Shown: positions 24,197 through 32,000 of the stretch, in pieces
Layout of the letters: each line of letters opens with the position of its first letter
Numbering within the stretch: position 1 is the stretch's first letter
Assembly (NCBI GenBank): GCA_963843975.1
Contig: CAWJMG010000003.1
Coordinates: 600,001 to 632,000 of the forward strand
Direction of reading: 5' to 3'
Length of the DNA: 32,000 nucleotides
Source of the DNA: an uncultured Actinomycetes bacterium
GTDB taxonomy: Bacteria; Actinomycetota; Actinomycetes; S36-B12; CAIYMF01
Translations under genes and position numbers: made by a program
Notes under the pieces: model-generated
What the model was told of the DNA's origin: nothing
Databases searched by the model: none
Seen by the model: only the letters and a program-made list of their open reading frames with translations

Positions 24197-25316
24197 GTGC
24201 CGCGACGCCTGTCGAGCAGACGGCAGCAGCGGGGAGCAGCCACCAGGCGCCGCCCGTGAACGGGTCACGTCCGGTCACCTCGAGGAGCGTCCACACCACG
24301 GCCAGGTGCCAGAGGAAGATGCCGTAGGACCATCGGCCGAGCGCACGCCCCACCGTCGAGGTCAAGGCACGGTGCCAGCCGTCGTGACGGGTGCCGAGGA
24401 ACCCTGGTGCGAGGAATGCCACTGCTGCGGCCCCGTACAGGACGTGGCGTGCCACGACCGTCCACGCGGGGGACTGCTCCAGGGTGTAGCTGCCACCCAC
24501 CGGTGTTGCAGCGACGAGCAGGCAGGCCAGGGCGATGACGAGACAGGTCCCGGTGTCGTTCGCGAGCTCCAGCACGCGTCGGGTGGCCGGGCCCGGGGTC
24601 CCGAGGCGACGTCGCTCGTGCAGCACGGCGGCCGCCATCCCGAGCGCGAACCAGTCCAGGAACGCCGGCAGCCACAGGCCTGCACGCGGGTCGCTCACGA
24701 GGCCGACCGATCGCGCGACGGTGGTCGCGAGCCCGAGCGCGGCGACGCAGCCCAGCCCGACGAGCTGGGCACGCGCCGACCGGTCTGCGTCGCCGCGCCC
24801 GCGCCGCGTGACGAGCCAGGCCAGGGGCGGCAGCGCGAGGTAGAACGCGATCTCCGCTCCGAGGCTCCACGTGTGCGTGAGTCCTTCGACCAACGGATCG
24901 GGGGAGTAGGTCTGCAGGACGCCCAGGTGCACGAGCCAGGTCCGCAGCGGGTGCGGCCCCCCGGACGCCGGCAGCCAGAGCAGCACCACGACGACGAGCA
25001 CCCAGTAGGCCGGGAGGATCCGGATCGCGCGCCGCCACAGGTAGCCGGCCAGACGGGGCGGGCGACCCCCGGTCATCCCCGCCCGGGCCCACGGGCGGTA
25101 GAGCAGGAACCCCGACAGCAGGAAGAAGATCGTGACGCCCCAGTCGAGCCGCGAGGCGAATCGTCCGGCAGCGTTGAGCTGGACCCACCCGGTGAGGAAG
25201 GCGACGTGCGTCGTGAGCACGAGCAGCGCGGCGACGGCCCGGTAGCCGTCCAGCGCGGCGAGCCGATGCTCGGTCGGCGCTGGTGCGGCGAGCGGCGCGG
25301 TGCTCACGGTGGTCAC
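24138..25316 (-). CDS. Acyltransferase family 3 (OafA/YrhL-type) integral membrane O-acyltransferase
   Basis: 392 aa from GTG 25316 with RLAALDGYRAVAALLVLTTHV, FFLLSGFLL and RRAIRILPAYW, the hallmark acyl_transf_3 N-terminal motifs. Its start overlaps the upstream stop (GTGA 25313-25316). Confidence 0.85.
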   Translation of the reverse strand: MTTVSTAPLAAPAPTEHRLAALDGYRAVAALLVLTTHVAFLTGWVQLNAAGRFASRLDWGVTIFFLLSGFLLYRPWARAGMTGGRPPRLAGYLWRRAIRILPAYWVLVVVVLLWLPASGGPHPLRTWLVHLGVLQTYSPDPLVEGLTHTWSLGAEIAFYLALPPLAWLVTRRGRGDADRSARAQLVGLGCVAALGLATTVARSVGLVSDPRAGLWLPAFLDWFALGMAAAVLHERRRLGTPGPATRRVLELANDTGTCLVIALACLLVAATPVGGSYTLEQSPAWTVVARHVLYGAAAVAFLAPGFLGTRHDGWHRALTSTVGRALGRWSYGIFLWHLAVVWTLLEVTGRDPFTGGAWWLLPAAAVCSTGVAALSWRIVERPASRLRHLVRA

Positions 25317-27188
25317 GGTGCGGCAGCCTCGAGTGGTGCGGTCGTCGCCTGTCCCAGGCGCACCGTGCTGACGCAGACGGTGGCACCCGGAGACGTGGCC
25401 CGAAGCGTGACGGTGCGCCCGCCTCCGAGGATGCCGGTGTAGATGTCGTGCAGGCCTGGCTCCAGCGCGACCGTGCGCACCGGGTCGGCGCCCATGCTGA
25501 TCTCGAGCGATGTCGGGGCGGACGCGATGTACGCGATGTGCACCATGTGGTCGAACCGCACCACCTCAGTGCTCATACGCACCGAGGTCCCTGCGTCGCG
25601 AACGAGCCAGCCGCAGTCGGGGACCGGTCCGGGCACCGAGGCGGGCCCCTGCACGCGGCCGGGCACGACCTTGCCGAAGTCGTCGATCAGCAGCAGCTGG
25701 TCGACGGTGCCGGTGAACGTGGGGAGGTCCTCCTCGCCGGCGAAGAACCAGCTGTACTGGTTGAACGGGAAGACCAGCGCCCAGATCACGAACCCGGGGA
25801 CGCTGCCGTCCATGAAGTCCTTGTCGGGCCCCACGGTGCGCAGCTCGGTCAACGACGACTTGGCCCAGCGCGCCTCGGGCCCGTCGCCGAGCCCCGGTGC
25901 GAAGGCGACGACCGCGACCAGGAACGAGGCGATCTGGAGCTGGGCGAGCACGAGGGCGGAGATCGCAGCTGCCGTGCGACGTCGCGGCCGCCACTCCGTC
26001 AGCATCTCCGGCGCCGGGTCGTCGCGGAGCCGTGCCAGGGCGAGCGCCGACGCGATCACGGTGACGACGACCAGGTCGGAGTAGTAGCGGGGGAGGCTGG
26101 AGGTCTCGACCAGGAACTGGGCGCGACCGAGGTTGATCAGCAGCAGCACCAACGCGCCGTAGACGACGACCAGCAGCAGGGCTCGGCGGGCTCGCGGTCC
26201 GAACGTGGCCACGAACAGGCCGGCCGCGAGCACCACGACGCTCAGGACGAGGCCCACCCAGCCGGGCGTGGGAACGGCGTTGTAGCTGCTGAGCGCCGAG
26301 CCCCAGTCCCAGGGCCCCCCGAACAGCGAGGGCACGAAGGTGCCGATGAGGCCGGACGAGAGCTGATCGGCGAAGCGCGCGATGTTGGGTCCCGCCACGA
26401 CCGACGACGTCCCGTTGCTGCGGTAGGCGACGTACCAGCCGCCCAGCAGCGCCACCAGTCCGAGGAACAGCGGCCAGTGCAGGCGCAGGACGTGCAGCCC
26501 TGCCCTGACGACGTTGTGGACCGGGGTCACCGCGACGAGGAGGAGGGCCACGACCACGGGCAGCAGCACCGACTTCTCGAAGAAGCCGAGGGATGCCGCC
26601 GTCGCCCCGAGGATCCAGAAGTAGCTTCCCCAGCGTCGCCCGTGGCCGAGCCTCAGCGCGTGGTCCGCGACGATCAGCATGCAGGCGATGAAGGGGGTGG
26701 AGTTCAGGGCCGTCGCCCACCACACCGAGATCTGCACCACCGGGATGCTGGTGAGGAAGAGCACCAGTGGGACGAGCATCCGCCAGCGCAGTCCGACGTG
26801 CCGCACGAGGAAGCGGTACGCCATCACGGCGATCAGCGCCTGGCCGAGGGCCAGGGCCACGGCGATCCAGGCGTACTGGAAGCCGCCGAAGCTTCGAGAA
26901 CGGCTGGGCGACGACGAAGGACAGGGGCATGTAGTGCCCGCCCCAGGGTTGGAACACGTACTCCGGGTCGAGCCAGTCGAAGTGCGCGCCCTGGCCGCGG
27001 AACATGAAGTCGTCGGCGTAGTACCAGCCGCGCAGGCACAGCCAGGTGAGGATCGCGATCTGGGCGCCGACCATCGCGCGGGCCACCTGCCGGACGCGCG
27101 CCTGCGTCGGGTGCAGCGGGGTTTTCGCCCCCGCGCCCGCAGAACGGTCCGCGACCTTCGTGTGGGCAGGGGTGTGTACGGCTGTCAC
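25313..27188 (-). pseudogene. Polytopic membrane protein of unknown function (paralog B of the 27185..29002 gene), interrupted by one extra base near 26891
   Basis: The N-terminal 99 codons come from track ORF 25566..27230, starting at GTG 27188: VTAVHTPAH...AQIAILTWLCLRGWYYADDFMFRGQGAHFDWLDPEYVFQPWGGHYMPLSFVVAQPFSK. The next frame continues FGGFQYAWIAVALALGQALIAVMAYRF... (track ORF 25313..26860). The span is 1876 nt, which is 3n+1. The join aligns without a gap to paralog A. Confidence 0.75.
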
Positions 27189-29002
27189 GGCGCGATCACC
27201 GGCACTCCCACGGTGATGTCGTCGGTGCACACCGAGACGCCCGACGAGATGGACCCGATGCGCACGGCGTCGCCCCCACCGGTGAGGTTGAGGTCGACCT
27301 CGCCGAGGCCGCGGGAGATCGGGACCTCGACTCCCGGCGCATCACCGAACGAGACCATGGCGGTCCCGTTCCCCGAGGCGAAGTAGGTCATGCGGATCGT
27401 GTGCGCGAAGTCGGGAACGGCTGTCGCGAGCGGAACCGAGCCCGAGTCGCGGAGGAGCCAGCCGCAGCCCGGCACCGGGCCCTTGGCGCTGGCCACGCCC
27501 TGGACGATTCCCTGCCGGAGGCTGCCGTCGGCAGCGAGGACCCGCAGCTGCGTCGTGACGTCCGCGATGTCAGGGCGTGGTTCCAGAGGGGCGAGGAACC
27601 GACCGATGAGCTGGTACGGCGAGGAGAGCGGGGAGAGCACCGCCGGGGGCACGGCCTGGTCGAGCAGCGCCGGCCCCTCGGCCGCTGTCGCAAGCGAGTA
27701 CGTGGCTCCTCCGACGTACCCCCGGCCGTCGTTGGCCGACCAGACCGTCCGGTACCCCGACAACGACACCAGCGACGCGACGACGACCGCGCACACAGCG
27801 GTGACGGCGAGGGCAGGGCTCGCCAGGGACGGCACGTGGACTCCCCGGAGGTGCGCCAGGCCGCGGCGCGTGGGGCCGCGCAGGACCTGCAGCGCCATCC
27901 CGAGCGCCAGAGCGAGCGGCAGCCCGGCAGCGGCGGTGACGCGCAAGGTCTGGATGCTGTAGGCCGTCGTGGACGGGACAGGCGAAGCGAGCAGAGCCAG
28001 GCCGACGGTCAGCAGGAGCCAGGTGAAGGCCCAGACCCAGAGGGCGAGCGCACGACGGGAGAGCGCCGAGCTCGTCACCACGAGGACGAGGACGACCTGC
28101 AGGGCGGCGATCGTCCACCACAGGGGCGGGTTCGTCGCCGGCGTCTCAGGGGCGAGCGGCGCCCAGGTGAGCGGCCCGCCGACCAGGGCGCCGAGTCCGT
28201 CGCTGACGGCACGCCCGACAGCGTTCGCCCAGTCCTCGGCCTGCGGCCGCCCCGGATATGTCGTGGGCACGAGCACGATCCGGGCGACGACAGCCGCGGC
28301 GACCAGCGCAGTCGCCGCCGCCGCGAGGATGGTGACGGCACGCCGGCTCCGTCGCGCGCCTCCGGGATCGAGGACCGGGAGGACGGCCACGGCGAGGACC
28401 GGCACGAGCAGCGCCAGATCCCCGAACGGGCACACGAGGATCCAGACGATCGTGGCCAGGACCAGGGGCACCGTGGATCCGCGCCGCCACCAGGTGGTCC
28501 CGGCGAGCAGGAGCAGCAGGAGGCTGATCTGCGTCAGCGACGTGGGCACGCCCGAGGTCCACCAGGCGGACTGAGGCAGGGTGAGGGGCGAGAACGCGAG
28601 GAGCGTGACGGGGACGAGCGTCCACCAGGAGCCAGGCCACAGCCTGAGCATGAGGCGGGTGGCGAGCAGCACCACGAGGCACTGGAGACCGATCAGGATG
28701 AGCGACTGAGGAGTGAAGTTCATCGGCCACGCCCGCGACAGCGGCCACTGGAGCGCGGCCAGGCCGGGCGTGATGCCCGGGACCGGTGCCTGGAGCAGGT
28801 AGTCCTGGGTGAACGGCAGCTCCCAGCCGCGGATGCGCAGCACGTGGTCGGAGTCGTGGAACCACCCGCTGCCCAGCAGCCAGAACCTCACCACGACACC
28901 GAGGGCGGCGACGGTGATCGCACCGCGTCGCGGGTCCCAGTAGCGGGTGAGGAGGGTGCGCGCATCGGCGTGCGCCGACACCACGACCCCAGCGCTCGCC
29001 AT
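27185..29002 (-). CDS. Polytopic membrane protein of unknown function (paralog A), possibly GT-C-like
   Basis: ATG 29002 follows GGGGAGAA. The 605-aa product begins MASAGVVVSAHADARTLLTRYWDPRRGAITVAALGVVVRFWLLGSGWFHDSDHVL... and has many hydrophobic segments. A roughly 170-aa C-terminal domain contains GPVPGCGWLLRDSG and VSVCTDDITVG. Track ORF 27185..30163 upstream of 29002 is artefact. Confidence 0.75.
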   Translation of the reverse strand: MASAGVVVSAHADARTLLTRYWDPRRGAITVAALGVVVRFWLLGSGWFHDSDHVLRIRGWELPFTQDYLLQAPVPGITPGLAALQWPLSRAWPMNFTPQSLILIGLQCLVVLLATRLMLRLWPGSWWTLVPVTLLAFSPLTLPQSAWWTSGVPTSLTQISLLLLLLAGTTWWRRGSTVPLVLATIVWILVCPFGDLALLVPVLAVAVLPVLDPGGARRSRRAVTILAAAATALVAAAVVARIVLVPTTYPGRPQAEDWANAVGRAVSDGLGALVGGPLTWAPLAPETPATNPPLWWTIAALQVVLVLVVTSSALSRRALALWVWAFTWLLLTVGLALLASPVPSTTAYSIQTLRVTAAAGLPLALALGMALQVLRGPTRRGLAHLRGVHVPSLASPALAVTAVCAVVVASLVSLSGYRTVWSANDGRGYVGGATYSLATAAEGPALLDQAVPPAVLSPLSSPYQLIGRFLAPLEPRPDIADVTTQLRVLAADGSLRQGIVQGVASAKGPVPGCGWLLRDSGSVPLATAVPDFAHTIRMTYFASGNGTAMVSFGDAPGVEVPISRGLGEVDLNLTGGGDAVRIGSISSGVSVCTDDITVGVPVIAP

Positions 29003-29197
29003 GGTTCTCCCCGTGTCCTGTCTCCGATGTCCGGGTGATTGTGCCCCACGCCGCGGACCGGACCTGCCGACGCGCAGGTCGGGGGCGCGGCATGACGGAA
29101 CCGGTGTCGTTTTGTGACCTGCGTGTTTCGCCGTGATGCTGGTCAGGGAGGTTACTGTCCGGTACGTTCCGCGCGACACAACTCGCGGAGGTCCGGA

Positions 29198-30145
29198 ATG
29201 CGCCGAGGAATCGGTCTGGTGCTCGTCGCCCTCGGTGTGGCACTCCTGGTGCTGGCACCGATGGTCAAGTTCTACGCCGTCCCCAAGCTGGCGGTGGCGC
29301 CCCTCGACCTCGATCCGAAGTCGCCGAGCCTCAACGAGGGCGTTGCAGAGACGCTCCTCGACATCTCGACGCTCACCGAGCAGACCAACGTCCCCGTCAC
29401 CTCGACGCGGTTCACCACCGCTGACGTCGCCGCCTCGCAGGCCGCCGGCGGCAACATCGGCGTGTACGAGTCGTTCAGCCGCGTCAACCGTGCTGACGGC
29501 AGCCTCGTCACCGCGGGGACCGAGCGTTATGCGTTCGACCGCACCACGAACGTCATGACGACGGGGTCGAACGCCAACCTCGACGGTGAGCCGATCACGG
29601 ACGCGATGATCGCGGGCGACGCGATCATGCCGCTCAAGCTCCCCTTCTTCGTCGACAAGAACGCCGTCTACAACTACTTCGACACCTCGCTGCTGAAGGG
29701 CTACCCGCTGGCCTTCGTCGAGGAGACGCAGATCGACGGCCTCACGGTCTACAAGTTCGAGTCGAAGATCGAGCCGACCCAGATCGGTGAGCAGGAGGGC
29801 ATCGGCGAGAAGGTCGGCGGCACCGCGGACTTCGTGGCGCCCCGGTTCTACGCGAACGATCGCGTCGTCTTCGTCGAGCCCATCACCGGCCAGGTCGTGG
29901 ACGGTTACGAGGACCAGCTCCAGACCTTCCGCGGCCCTGATGGCACGGACAAGATCACGATCATCAAGGCCAAGATCGGCTTCACCGCGGAGAACAAGGC
30001 GACCGCCGTCTCCGACGCGAAGGCGAACTCCGCCAAGCTCGGGCTTCTCGCCAACACCGTTCCTGTGGTCGCCGCCGTCGCCGGTCTCGTCCTGCTGGTC
30101 ATCGGCATCCTGCTGATCCGTCGGCCGGACGGCACGGACGCCTAG
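29198..30145 (+). CDS. DUF3068 ('PorA-family') bitopic envelope protein
   Basis: ATG 29198 lies 6 nt after GGAGG (29187-29191). The product begins MRRGIGLVLVALGVALLVLAPMVKFYAVPKLAVAPLDLD..., the DUF3068 N-terminus as I recall it. A soluble central domain and a C-terminal transmembrane helix (VVAAVAGLVLLVIGILLI) complete the 315-aa protein. Confidence 0.7.
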   Translation: MRRGIGLVLVALGVALLVLAPMVKFYAVPKLAVAPLDLDPKSPSLNEGVAETLLDISTLTEQTNVPVTSTRFTTADVAASQAAGGNIGVYESFSRVNRADGSLVTAGTERYAFDRTTNVMTTGSNANLDGEPITDAMIAGDAIMPLKLPFFVDKNAVYNYFDTSLLKGYPLAFVEETQIDGLTVYKFESKIEPTQIGEQEGIGEKVGGTADFVAPRFYANDRVVFVEPITGQVVDGYEDQLQTFRGPDGTDKITIIKAKIGFTAENKATAVSDAKANSAKLGLLANTVPVVAAVAGLVLLVIGILLIRRPDGTDA

Positions 30146-30163
30146 CCAGCACCATCCGATCAC

Positions 30164-30202
30164 GACGCGAGGGCCCAGCCGTCACGGCTGGGCCCTCGCG
30201 TC
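30164..30202. terminator. Bidirectional terminator hairpin between convergent genes
   Basis: GACGCGAGGGCCCAGCC (30164-30180), loop gtcac, GGCTGGGCCCTCGCGTC (30186-30202), a perfect 17-bp stem. It lies between stop codons at 30145 (+) and 30209 (-). Confidence 0.65.
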
Positions 30203-30208
30203 TCGTCG

Positions 30209-31357
30209 TCAGGGAGCAAGGCCACCGACGTCGACGAACTCCGGCACCGAGGCGAGCGCGTCCCTCATCAGGACACGCGCTGAGGGCGACGTCCGGCTCA
30301 GCACCACGACCCCTGCAGCACCGGGGGGCGTAGCGACCAGCCCCGGCGCGTACGTGTACTCGGAGTCGGTCGAGGGGGACTGCAGCAGGACGCGCGACGT
30401 CCACGGTCCCCACGCGTGCGCGGAGGTGAGCGCAGCGACGTCCTCGTCGAGGAACTCCTCGGGCTTGGTCACGAGCAGGACGCCCGCGGCGGTCGCACGC
30501 GCTGCGAGAACCGTGGACACGCCGGCACGGAGGACCACCCGCGCGGCCGAGGGCGAGGGCGACCACCCGGTCGCGGTGCGGTAGGTCCAGGTGGCGGCGT
30601 CCGCCACGGTGGCGACGGGTGCCCTGGCGAGCAGAAGATCCCGGCCGAGCTCGCCGGCGTGCGGGCGGGTGCCGTAGATCCACACGTGGTCGCCGACCGG
30701 TGCGAATGCGGCGCCCCAGAGCACGTCCGACGCGGGCAGGTCGACGACGGGTCCGACCTGCGGCGCACCGTGGGAAGGAATCGTCAACGTCGCCGTCGCG
30801 GCGCCCACCCGGCGGAATCCGAAGGCGTCGCCACGGTCCACGGCGAGACGCTGGCCGAACACGACCACGGTCACCGGGTCATCCCCTCGGACGACCACGG
30901 AGTGCGTGGGCCACAGCCAGGTGCCGTCTCGGCCCGGGAGCGCGTCCTTCCCGGGCGACACGGAGGTCCAGCACCCACCGTCCGTGACAACCACGCTGTT
31001 GCGCAGCATGGCGGCATCGGGTCCTCGAACGCCGTCGTCGTCCACGGTGCCGGTGAAGGTGTCCCCGAACACCCAGAGCAGCCGACCGTCCGGCAGCCGT
31101 GTGCTGGACGCTCCGTCGCCGCCCGCCCAGTCCCCGTCCTGCGCACCGAACAGCCGACTCCATCCGGCGGCGTCGCTCGGCTCGTCGCCGCAGTCCTCGG
31201 TGGCGGTCGGCGCCGCGGTGGGGGCAGCACCGGTCATGGTCTGGGACGCCGCGGGGTGGGCGCCGCTCACGGAGTGCGGCGCGTACGACGACGGCGCACC
31301 TGCCCCCGCAGCGGCGACGAGGGCGAGGACGACCGGTCCGACCACGCCATGGAGCAC
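30209..31357 (-). CDS. Secreted beta-propeller-like glycoside-hydrolase-like protein (possibly DUF4185-type)
   Basis: 382 aa from GTG 31357 with a hydrophobic N-terminus VLHGVVGPVVLALVAAAGAGA and an Ala/Pro/Thr linker. Repeated blade-like segments follow (GGDGASSTRLPDGRLLWVFGDTFTG, NSVVVTDGG, GTWLWPTHSVVV, VWIYGTR, LLLARAPV...ATWTY). The family call is from memory only. Confidence 0.6.
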   Translation of the reverse strand: MLHGVVGPVVLALVAAAGAGAPSSYAPHSVSGAHPAASQTMTGAAPTAAPTATEDCGDEPSDAAGWSRLFGAQDGDWAGGDGASSTRLPDGRLLWVFGDTFTGTVDDDGVRGPDAAMLRNSVVVTDGGCWTSVSPGKDALPGRDGTWLWPTHSVVVRGDDPVTVVVFGQRLAVDRGDAFGFRRVGAATATLTIPSHGAPQVGPVVDLPASDVLWGAAFAPVGDHVWIYGTRPHAGELGRDLLLARAPVATVADAATWTYRTATGWSPSPSAARVVLRAGVSTVLAARATAAGVLLVTKPEEFLDEDVAALTSAHAWGPWTSRVLLQSPSTDSEYTYAPGLVATPPGAAGVVVLSRTSPSARVLMRDALASVPEFVDVGGLAP

Positions 31358-31437
31358 GTAGTGGTCTTCGACGTCCGTCGCAGCCCGTCATGAACTGGAT
31401 GCGCCGAACGGGTGACGCCCGCACGCCACCTGGTGCG

Positions 31438-32000
31438 TCAGGACCGCCGGCAGACCCAGATCGCCGTGCCGGGAATGATCCGGCCGCGGGTCGGCGACCA
31501 ACCTCCCCAGACCTCGTCGTTGCGCTCGGGCCACTCAGGCTCCACGAGGTCCTCGATCGCGAAGCCGCAGCGCGCGAGCACACGGACCGTGTCTCCGAGC
31601 GTGCGGTGGTGCTCCACGTACGTCGCCGTTCCGTCCGCGTCGCGCTCCACGTAGGGCGTGCGGTCGAAGTACGGACGGTCGGCCAGGAGACCAGCGGGGC
31701 CCGGGGCATCCGGGAAGGCCCAGCGGACGGGGTGCGTCACGGAGAACACCCACCGCCCGCCGGGCCGCAGCACCCGGGCGACCTCGGCGAACACCCCGGC
31801 GACGTCGGCGACGAACGGGACCGCGCCGTACGCCGAGCACACCAGGTCGAAGGAGGAGTCCGCGAACGGCAGCTCGCCGGCGTCCGCCTGGACGAGCGGG
31901 ACCGCGGGGGAGTACGACCGGGAGTGCGCCAGCATCGCGTGGCTGAGGTCGAGGGCGACGGCTTCCGCGCCCTGCTCGACCAGCCAGCGGGCTCCCTGCG
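31438..32000 (-). CDS. Class I SAM-dependent methyltransferase (Methyltransf_11-like). The 5' end lies beyond the window.
   Basis: The reading frame is open to the window edge (...QGARWLVEQGAEAVALDLSHAMLAHS...). It then reads QADAGELPFADSSFDLVCSAYGAVPF and VLRPGGRWVFSV, the SAM-MTase post-I/II/III motifs. The stop is at 31438-31440. Confidence 0.8.
   Translation of the reverse strand, partial: QGARWLVEQGAEAVALDLSHAMLAHSRSYSPAVPLVQADAGELPFADSSFDLVCSAYGAVPFVADVAGVFAEVARVLRPGGRWVFSVTHPVRWAFPDAPGPAGLLADRPYFDRTPYVERDADGTATYVEHHRTLGDTVRVLARCGFAIEDLVEPEWPERNDEVWGGWSPTRGRIIPGTAIWVCRRS

Noticed and set aside
29003-30163. N-terminal extension of track ORF 27185..30163 (992 aa)
   Set aside because: Membrane-protein-like sequence begins at ATG 29002, which has a Shine-Dalgarno. 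The extension overlaps the well-supported plus-strand DUF3068 gene and is low complexity.
1-32000. Mobile elements, CRISPR arrays, tRNA/rRNA genes, defence or toxin-antitoxin systems
   Set aside because: I saw no spaced direct-repeat arrays and no transposase, integrase or recombinase-like ORFs. I saw no terminal inverted repeats flanking a compositionally distinct block and no tRNA-like cloverleaf regions. GC content and coding density look uniform across the window.

Overview
High-GC (by eye over 70%) actinobacterial chromosomal window, almost fully coding. I saw no rRNA, tRNA, CRISPR array, transposase, integrase or phage genes. The left third (1-11.7 kb) is housekeeping. It holds a branched-chain amino-acid ABC transporter, with the binding-protein gene convergent on a livH/M/G/F-like operon. 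It also holds a DUF554 membrane protein, a GNAT acetyltransferase, a PaaI-type thioesterase, DNA polymerase I and an alpha/beta-hydrolase lipoprotein. The right two thirds (11.75-31.4 kb) form one cell-envelope glycan locus. A translationally coupled operon encodes a Wzx-like flippase, a UbiA-type decaprenyl-phosphate phosphoribosyltransferase, DprE1 and DprE2, which is the full route to decaprenyl-phospho-arabinose. Next to it lie a divergent GT-C-like membrane protein and a 49-aa ORF absent from the supplied track (DUF2613-like). A GT4 glycosyltransferase and a methyltransferase follow, the methyltransferase start/stop-coupled to a 1379-aa AftD-like arabinofuranosyltransferase. The locus ends with an acyltransferase-3 protein, two tandem paralogous ~600-aa polytopic proteins of unknown function, a DUF3068 protein and a secreted glycoside-hydrolase-like protein. 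The most interesting content is this consolidated arabinan-type locus and its uncharacterised members. Three genes (binding protein, polA, one membrane paralog) are each broken by exactly one extra base. That pattern suggests assembly or sequencing indels rather than decay. All family assignments come from motif recognition by eye, since no searches were run.
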